NCBI RefSeq assembly: GCF_964204645.1 | Contig: NC_134025.1 | Location: forward strand, 31,476,299 to 31,540,298 | DNA: 64,000 bases | Source of the DNA: Tubulanus polymorphus | Lineage: Eukaryota > Animalia > Nemertea | Reading direction: 5' to 3' | Translations under genes and position numbers: made by a program | The notes under the pieces: model-generated | What the model was told of the DNA's origin: nothing | The model's input: the letters and a program-made list of their open reading frames with translations, nothing else | Databases searched by the model: none | In this document: positions 55,166 to 64,000 of the stretch, piece by piece | Layout of the letters: each line of letters opens with the position of its first letter | Position numbering within the stretch: position 1 is the first letter of the stretch

Positions 55166-55300
55166 TGCTTACCTCCTCGATCGCCACCATCTTTACCGGA
55201 AGTGAGAACCGGAAGTGAGAAACAGCGCCGTCTAGCGGGCTGGTCGCCTGCCACAGCGACTACCGGAGCGCGGCCCACGTGCGGCTCCCACCCCCCCAGG
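55166..55300 (-). promoter_or_regulatory. CpG-rich promoter-like segment with tandem ETS/GABP sites and a candidate first exon
   Basis: ACCGGAAGTGAGAACCGGAAGTG (55195-55217); minus-strand AAGATGGTGGCG...GAG|GTAAGC donor at ~55172. Confidence 0.45.
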
Positions 55301-57189
55301 GCCCAAAACTAGAACCACAGTGAGAGTTGTTTGGAGCCGCGTGACCCATACTGATGTCCGCGTATACAAAAAGTGAAACGGTTAAAATTCTTATTCACTC
55401 TTAATCAGCAGCTGTAAAATTCATGGGCCACGGGGCCCTGCGTCGTGTAAATGTTTGAACTCGCCGGGTATCCTAGGCACTAGGCCTATAGGTAAAAACT
55501 CTTTTTTTATACAGTACAGGATACTGGGGTCAAAAGGTCCCTGTGCTTCGGGAGTCCGGCAAAATCGCGGCCGGGCGTCACGTTGACAAAGTACTGACTG
55601 AACTGCGTAAATTTCTTATCATTAATTCAATTTTGATCAAAATAATCATCATACTTGTCTATTTATTAATTGATGAGACCTGTTTTTCTGGGATATTTTG
55701 CTTACTTTTTGGGGTACATACCTCATTTATGTCTTAACAGAATGCCAAAAATCGCGGACAACAACTGAATATCTGATATATTTCCAGTTCTGTACCAATT
55801 AGATGCATTGGCAAAAAGACTCCTTAAGTCCAGTTTAATGAGAGAGAAAATCCTCCATTTTGTCAAATTTCTTGGATTTGAACATTGTTACCATGCCTAC
55901 GCCACCCTGATTTAGTTGTTGAGACCCCACAAGAAAAATAACTTCATTTCGTAGGCATGGTGACAATGTAAAAATTAATTAATTCAATTTTGATCAAAAT
56001 AATCATCATACTTACCTCCAGTTTCACAAGACTAGTCGCTCCTAAGCCCACACCACAAGACAAACCTCACTACAAGACAAACCTCACTGCGACGACGCAA
56101 CCACCAAAAACCCGTGTCGAAACCCGGTTCTGAACGAAAATTCTCAGAATTTCCTATCATTCCGGATATTTAGCCTGGAACGAGTGACCCCCCCCCCCCC
56201 ATAAACCGTTTTTAATCCTCTTAAATATGCGTCACCGCATTCCATTTTACGTAATATAGATAAAAGAACTCTTTTATTGATTTACATGTATATTACTAAA
56301 TGCACCGTGCTGTAATCAACACCAAGAAACCTTCAATGCACAACGTTTTTAGCGACCAGTACGCGCCGGTGTGGTAAATCTGTGGTGGTATTTATAGCAG
56401 AGATAAAACGTTACCGTAGCTTACATTAAAACAAACGCCTAATTTCCACAATCCAATTATCAATTTATGCAGTGAAAACTAATCGTTTGCGAATAAATCT
56501 CCGTCACTTCATTAGATGACTCACATTTGACCCCGATTATACTGAGTTTTACCAGCGCCAATGTAGAAACACTGATCGAGTTTATCTATATTCAAAAATG
56601 TAAATATGACCACCAGATTTCGCACCATGATCTCTCCTCCTCCCAATCTGCGGCGCGTTTTCTTATCGGTACTCGCCTCCTTTCTGAACTGTTCGGATCA
56701 CAAACGCGACGCGTGGTCCTTCAACGGCCATATTTGAACATCGTATTCGCGGATGTTATCCGTTCATTGTAAGATATTGTCTAATATAAAGTATTATACG
56801 TCTCGAACGGTAACCAATCCATGAATACGAGTACTGAGAGAAGTTACCGGTTGCCTTCCACAACCACCCGGCTAATTCTCGGGGCCCGCGTATCTGAATC
56901 ATTAAACATTGCATGTCGTATCATAGCGAGCAGTTTTCAGAAAGTTAAAATGTTTAAGGTAAATTTTAAGTAAATCTAAAGTCATGTTAAGATTTTTAAT
57001 CAGAAAATGGACCTCGGGAGAAGGGTATTAAATCTTATTACTCACATGCCACAGTTGGAATAACGATATGAGACAGATCCTTACCGTCACGTGCTGCCTC
57101 ATCGACGACGAATCTGGGTTATCAACCGGTGTAATTCGATAGCACAAATGTACGATAGCAGGAATGCTCCGCCCAGGTTTCCGGGATCG

Positions 57190-57510
57190 CCGGTAACTGC
57201 AAGGTATCGTGGGTATCCTCGGTACCATGGTTGTCGGAGACTCACGGGCCGTGACACAGGTATCCTCGGTATCGTTGGTATCGCAGGTAACCGTAGGTAT
57301 CGTAGGTAACCTGGAGTCTCACGGGCCGTGACACGGGTATCATCGGTATCGTTGGTATCACAGGTAACCTTTGGTCTCACAGGCCGTGAGACGGGTATCC
57401 TCGGTATCGACGCAGGTAACTGGGAGGATGACACGCCCTGAGACAGGTATCCTCGGTATCAACGGTAACCTGGGTTCGCGCAGAGGCAGTGCCCTGGTAT
57501 CGTTGGTATC
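57190..57510. repeat. Degenerate GGTATC-based repeat with embedded palindromes
   Basis: Many GGTATC/GGTAAC hexamers; TCAC(G/A)GGCCGTGA palindrome at ~57242, 57319 and 57377. Confidence 0.7.
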
Positions 57511-59320
57511 TCGTAGCAACATGGATGACTCCGACTATCAGTAATGTACGTAAAAAGTGAAGCTGAAGACAAATGATAATCCTTCGATTTAATTCATTCA
57601 ATTAATCGTTATTCAGTTTTTCATTCTATTTCAGATTCAATATAATATCAATTGATAACCAATTTTCTTTTATTGACCCCTTCGAAACCACCCAGAATCA
57701 GTAGCCAATATCCAAATCAGGACCGAGTCTGGGACAATCCTGCCTATCCAATGCACCTATCAGATGATGAATGCAGCACGCCCCGTCACTCAGAACCAAT
57801 AGACCGAGTTCAAACCCGGGATACCCTCGTTTAGTATCTAACAGTATCCAGTTCACTCAGAATCAGTACCAATAGACCGGACTCGAGCCCAGGAATCCCC
57901 CGTTTATCATATATTCAATATCTAGGTCACTCAGAATCAGTAAATAGATCACCTGCACATCCTCTATTCTGCATCATGACCACTCTGAATCATTATCAGT
58001 AATTACTGGTTTCGAACCCGGGACACCCCTGTACATCGTTTATTCAGCTTCAGTTCGACTCTGAATCAGTATCAGTAATAACCGGGTTTGAACCTGGGAC
58101 ACCCCTCAACATACTCTATTTCAGCATCAGAAGTAATTACTGATGAATTGTACCTGCGACACCTATTTTCAGTATTCCACCATTGATGGAATCAGTGTCC
58201 ACTGCAGATTGATACTGCTAAATGAAATTCTTTAAGACTGATGGGACCCTAATAATTAAGTAAATAGAGTCTCATTACTCTAAGTCGGCGAGTTGCAGTA
58301 AAAGGTAGCTCATGCAGGTTTTAATCTGCTGCATGCCGTACCACAGACCTTGAAAGTCTCTACCACATTGAGAGTGGTTTGAAACTCTCATTGTACAATG
58401 GAACCTTCCTGTTAACCACAAATCTTAAGGGGCAAAAGTGAAATTGCCATACATGTAATAACCAGGTTTCAGATTATCCAAATCTGGATTGATATAGATA
58501 TTTTAGCTGGGACAAGCTACTAACAGAATCGTATTAATGAGGTTCAACTGTACTCTAATTTCATTTAATTCACTTCCGGAGCAAAAATAATCCAAGTACA
58601 ATAGACTTCTAACTGGAATCAATTAAGACAAGGTGATAGTTCTAGTCACCTGTAGACAATAGAACTTCAATGCAATAGTTCAATGTGTTTATGTCTGGGT
58701 TGGTGTTTGGAGAATGACTACTCCAAGATGTAAGTAACTAGACTTGAAATTAGTCGAATGAAACACTCTAATCCGTGTCTTAAGGATTAGATAGTCTTAA
58801 TTAGACTTGAAATGATTCCAGTTAACAGAGAGTCACTGTACATTATATGAAGAAAAAGCAACACATATAATATGTAGCGAACAACTGACCACTAGTGATG
58901 CTGATGTTAAAACAACTAGTGGTTAGTAGTTCAATATGTATTGATAAACAATAGTTCAACCAATATTCAAACACCATAAAATCAATGTATTGATCAAACC
59001 AACAAACCAACATCCTCAGAACACAACAACTATCATTTTAAAGAAATGAGTATTTACAAACGCAGTCACAAGTACAAAATCTCCACATATACAGCACATA
59101 CAACTATATTTCAGAAATCATTTAACAAGCACAAAAACAAGCAAGAGAAGCCCCTTGAAACATTTACACTCAAAACGCAAAGTCGCAGCAAATCAGTAAT
59201 TAATAACCCACAATCAGATTCAACAACAAACCAGCCAATCAAACCATCAATTCATATTTATTTTTCAATAAATGTACAATGTGTATCTACATTCAACTTA
59301 TACTGAAGCTATCAGCCTCA

Positions 59321-59969
59321 GAGAAATTGCTCGGCATCTCTGGAACTAGGCTAACTCGCGGTAACAAACACTGAAAGTCCTGATTTGATGGAGAAATTGG
59401 TCGGCATCTCTGGAACTATGATAACTCGCGGTAACAAACACTGAAAGTCCCGAATTGACGGAGAAATTGGTCGGCATCTCTGGAACTACGATAACTCGCG
59501 GTAACAAACACTGAAAGTCCTGATTTGATGGAGAAATTGGTCGGCATCTCTGGAACTATGATAACTCGCGGTAACAAACACTGAAAGTCCCGAATTGACG
59601 GAGAAATTGGTCGGCATCTCTGGAACTACGATAACTCGCGGTAACAATCACTGAAAGTCCCGATTTGATGGAGAAATTGGTCGGCATCTCTGGAACTACG
59701 ATAACTCGCGGTAACAAACACTGAAAGTCCCGATTTGACGGAGAAATTGGTCGGCATCTCTGGAACTGCGATAACTCGCGGTAACAAACACTGAAAGTCC
59801 CGATTTGATGGAGAAATTGGTCGGCATCTCTGGAACTACGATAACTCGCGGTAACAAACACTGAAAGTCCCGATTTGAAGGAGAAATTGGTCGGCATCTC
59901 TGGAACTACGATAACTCGCGGTAACAAACACTGAGTCCCGATTTGACGGAGAAATTGGTCGGCATCTCT
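59321..59969. repeat. 70-bp tandem repeat x~9
   Basis: Unit GAGAAATTGGTCGGCATCTCTGGAACTACGATAACTCGCGGTAACAAACACTGAAAGTCCCGATTTGA(T/C)G. Confidence 0.95.
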
Positions 59970-61330
59970 GATTTGATTTTTTCCTGTTGTCTGATATTCT
60001 ACAGCCAAGCTCAATACATGTACTACAATGTGAAAACACAAAATATGAATAATGATATCATTTTTGAGACTTCTTCAAAATAAATTTCAATTATACCTGC
60101 TTATTAGTAGATTCTGACACGTGACTCTTAGGTTTTTCATGAGGAAATTTATCTGCATCATCAGTATCGTTTCCATCTTGATATCTGGTATTGTGTGACG
60201 ATTAACTCAATACTAACTACAACAACAATCTACTAAATAAACTTTTTTCAATCATAAGACTCTTCATAAAAACAAAATTCATCTAATTTCAATTTTACCT
60301 GCTTTATAGTCAATTCAGATTCATGACTCGGACCTTGAGGAATTAGCTCAATTCTCCCTGAACTCTGATGTTTTCCTTTCCTCTGGTTTTGAGCGTCTCT
60401 TACAACAACAGTCCACTAGCTACAACAAAAATACATAAAAGTAACCAGTTTCATTGAGTCGACTGTTCCTGCAAAGAAATTCATGAGTTCAATTTACCTG
60501 ATTCATAGTCAATTTAGACACATGAGTTAGAAGAGAAAATTGCTCAGAACTTCAGTAACTTTTCGTATCTTCTTGAACTTTCTGTTTGATGTGGAGATTC
60601 CCCAGAGTACTTCGATTTCTGCGTACAGACACTGAAAGAAGTCCCGGATTGACGGAGAAATTTGTCGGCATCTCTGATCTGATCTTTTCCTGTCGTCTGA
60701 TATTTTACGGCCAACCACAAGCTCGATACTACAATGATAAAACACAAATATGAATAATGATATCATTTTTGAGACTCTTCTTCAAAATAAATTTAAATTA
60801 TACCTGCTTTATAGTCAATTCAGATTCATGACTCGGACCTTGAGGAATTTGCTCAACACTTCCTGAACTCTGATGTTTCCTTTCCTCTGTTTTGAGCGTC
60901 TCTCACAACAACAGTCCACTGGCTACGACAAAAATACATAAAATAAACATAACCATCTTCTTTAAGTCGACTGTTCCTGCAAAGAAGTTCATATCAAGTA
61001 TAATTTTACCTGATTTATAGTCAATTCAGACTCATGACACCTTAAATATTTCTAAACGACAACTGGAACAATCCTGAATGTTTCCTGTCGATCGTTTGGT
61101 ATTTTGTACTAGCCAACCAAATCAATACACGCTACAACAGGGAAATATGAAATACACGTAATACTAACTTACCGTCCTAGTTGAGAACATTCTTAGCTAT
61201 AACGAAATTCATAGCAATTTATACTATACCTGATTTATAGTCTTTACTAAGTGAAATTTCTCAGAACCTCAGGAACTTTTAGTATCACCTTGAACTTTCT
61301 GTTTGGGGGGTGGCGTGGAGATTCCTCAGT
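59930..61330 (-). other. Duplicated exon-like modules (segmental duplication, ~500-700 bp period)
   Basis: Six copies of a minus-strand donor motif ...GAATTGACTATAAA(G/T)CAG|GTA at ~60097, 60298, 60498, 60803, 61010, 61230; 59930-60100 matches 60630-60810 and 60295-60500 matches 60800-61030. Confidence 0.55.
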
Positions 61331-61679
61331 AGAGTACCTCAGATTTCTGCTGACAACAGACACCAATCCAACACTTCTCTTTCTGGTACTTTCATCTTTC
61401 TTTTTCCTCTTGTTTTACAAATTGATATTTAACTATTTGACATTTTGATTTTTTTACCATCATAAAATTGATATTGTTTTACATCATAGTTATTTGAGAT
61501 TGTACAAGGAATAATACATTCCTTAACGTTCCTTAATTTTAAACTTACAGCTGTTTGTAAATTCTTTCCACACACAAAGATGGCATGCTGCATGCTGATC
61601 AATTTGTTTACCATGCGCATGGACACGCGGGTGTGCCAGTGCTGTTTAGTGCAATTGATGCGTTGGTGCAAGTGCATAG

Positions 61680-61822
61680 TGAGACAACAAGTGCAGAGTG
61701 AGACGTCAAGTGCGAAGTGGGACGTCAAGTGCAAATTTGGACGTCAAGTGCAAAGTGGGACGTCAAGTGCAGTGTGAGACGTCAAGTGCGAAGTGGGACG
61801 TCAAGTGCAAATTGAGATGTCA
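61680..61822. repeat. ~19-bp repeat x7 containing GACGTCAAGTGC
   Basis: Unit GGACGTCAAGTGC(G/A)AAGTG. Confidence 0.85.
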
Positions 61823-62257
61823 ACTGTTTTCACCAGTGTTTACGATGATCAACCATCTTTCTGAAGATGTTTAAAGCAATTTGAATTCTAACAGTTTTTT
61901 TACACTGTCAGCTCACAACTTAGAAACTGGTTTACCTCATCATCAGAGTTTAGATGCTGACAATTTTATCACTGCTTAAGTGGAGTAATATAATCAAGTC
62001 ACTAACAATTCAGTTTATGTCACTATTTAATTGTCAATTCAAGAAGGGAAAGGGGGAAGGCATTAAACCTCAATATCACCCCAGCCTTAGGTCACTTACA
62101 ATTCAGTTTATGTCACAATTAACTTGACAATTCAAGAGGGGAAGGGAGGGATCACTAAATCTATATTTTAACACTAAACTTTCATCACAACCAATTGTTT
62201 TAGCAGTAATTTACCAACAGTGTTTTGTAAAATATAAATTTCATCAACACATTTTGA

Positions 62258-62780
62258 AGGTCATCAGTGTTGTAACACACTGACAATTCTGTTTATTAGT
62301 CACGTTTCTACATGACAGTTGAAGAAGGAAGGAGGAGACTCCTAAACTAAATATCACTCCAAAACAGAGTGTATTAATCAACATGGCACAGCAAGCAGCA
62401 GTATTAAAGGAGGTCATCAGTGTTGTAACACACTGACAATTCAGTTTGTTTGTCACGGTTCTACATGACAGTTGAAGAAGGAAGGAGGAGACTCTTGAAC
62501 TAAATATCACTCCAAAACAGAGTGTATTAATTAACAACCAGGAGCAAGCAGCAGTATTAAAGGAGGTCATCAGTGTTGTAACACACTGTCAATTCGGTTT
62601 GTTTGTCACGTTTCTACATGACAGTTGAAGCAGGAAGGAGGAGACTCCTGAACTAAATATCACCCCAAAACAGAGTGTATCAATTAACACCCAGCAACAT
62701 GCAGCAGTATTAAAGGAGGTCATCAGTCTTGTAACACACTGACAATTCAGTTTGTTTGTCACGTTTCTACATGACAGTTC
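62258..62780. repeat. 153-bp tandem repeat x3.4
   Basis: AGGTCATCAGT(G/C)TTGTAACACAC at 62258, 62411, 62564 and 62717. Confidence 0.9.
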
Positions 62781-62879
62781 ACAACCTTCAGGTGCAAGGA
62801 ACCAAAGTGAAGCTATCAAACAATAGCATCTTTGAGTATAACACTTTTAAAATCCGTAATGTGATAATAATTTGCTGAT

Positions 62880-64000
62880 ACAATATATACAGAGAACCAA
62901 CACCAGCATTATTTCAATGATTCAACCACCACAAAGCTATCGATGGATAGCTGTTTTGAATATTTATACATTTAAAACGTAAAGTCGCAATAAGGACGAT
63001 CAGGAAACATGATCAATCCCAATTCACCATTACAATATATACAAAGTACCAACACCAGCGACATTTCAAAGATTCAACCACCACAAAGCTATCAATGGAT
63101 AGCTGTTTTGAATATTTTTATATTTAAAACGTAAAGTCGCAATAAGGACGATCAGGAAACATGATCAATCCCATTTCACCATTACAATATATACAAAGTA
63201 CCAACACCAGCGACATTTCAAAGATTCAACCACCACAAAGCTATCAATGGATAGCTGTTTTGAATATTTTTATATTTAAAACGTAAAGTCGCAATAAGGA
63301 CGATCAGGAAACATGATCAATCCCATTTCACCGACATATATTACAATATATACAAAGTACCAACACCAGCGACATTTCAATGATTCAACCACCACAAAGC
63401 TATCGATGGATAGCTGTTTTAGATATTTATACATTTAAAACGTAAAGTCGCAATAAGGACGATCAGGAAACATAATCAATCCCATTTCACCATTACAATA
63501 TATACAAAGTACCAACACCAGCGACATTTCAATGATTCAACCACCACAAAGCTATCGATGGATAGCTGCTTTGAATATTTTTATATTTAAAACGTAAAGT
63601 CGCAATAAGGACGATCAGGAAACATGATCAATCCCAATTCACCAATATTACAATATATACAAAGAACCAACACCAGCGACATTTCGAAGATTCAACCACC
63701 ACAAAGCTATCGATGGATAGCTGTTTTAAATATTTATACATTTAAAACGTAAAGTCGCAATGAGGACGATCAGGAAACATGATCAATCCCAATGACCGAC
63801 ATATATTACAATATATACAAAGTACCAACATCAGCGACATTTCAATGATTCAACCACCACTAAGCTATCGATGGATAGCTGCTTTGAATATTTTTATATT
63901 TAAAACGTAAAGTCGCAATAAGGACGATCAGGAAACATGATCAATCCCAATGACCGACATATATTACAATATATACAAAGTACCAACATCAGCGACATTT
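62880..64000. repeat. 152-159-bp satellite x7+, running off the window end
   Basis: Recurrent GATTCAACCACCACAAAGCTATCGATGGATAGCTG...AAACGTAAAGTCGCAATAAGGACGATCAGGAAACATGATC. Confidence 0.95.

Noticed and set aside
59556-60041. 161-aa repetitive ORF
   Set aside because: Frame-cycling translation of the 70-bp tandem repeat.

Overview
AT-rich, intron-containing animal (probably marine invertebrate) genomic DNA; the species cannot be determined from the sequence. I assembled four spliced protein-coding genes by hand from GT-AG boundaries with consistent exon phases. (1) DPP3 on +, with two alternative in-frame first exons, one encoding a mitochondrial-type presequence. (2) An acidic-tailed 11-finger C2H2 zinc-finger gene on +. 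(3) A CEP126/KIAA1377-like gene on -. (4) A ~27-exon adhesion GPCR on - with an unusual LRR + Ly6/uPAR (three-finger) + unknown/SEA-like + HormR + GAIN/GPS + 7TM architecture and a ~131-unit CAG/CTG tract in intron 1. Introns and intergenic gaps are packed with unrelated minisatellites, MITE-like hairpins and tRNA-derived SINE-like elements carrying TTAGGG. From ~43 kb on there is no recognisable intact gene. That region holds about 20 copies of an 'RRSPRKNRKEVNY' peptide module, including a 14 x 134-bp array of 45-codon mini-ORFs chained by ATGA stop/start overlaps, plus two decayed paralogous helical-domain ORFs and several satellites. No true tRNA/rRNA gene or CRISPR array was found. All gene models are unverified by transcript data.
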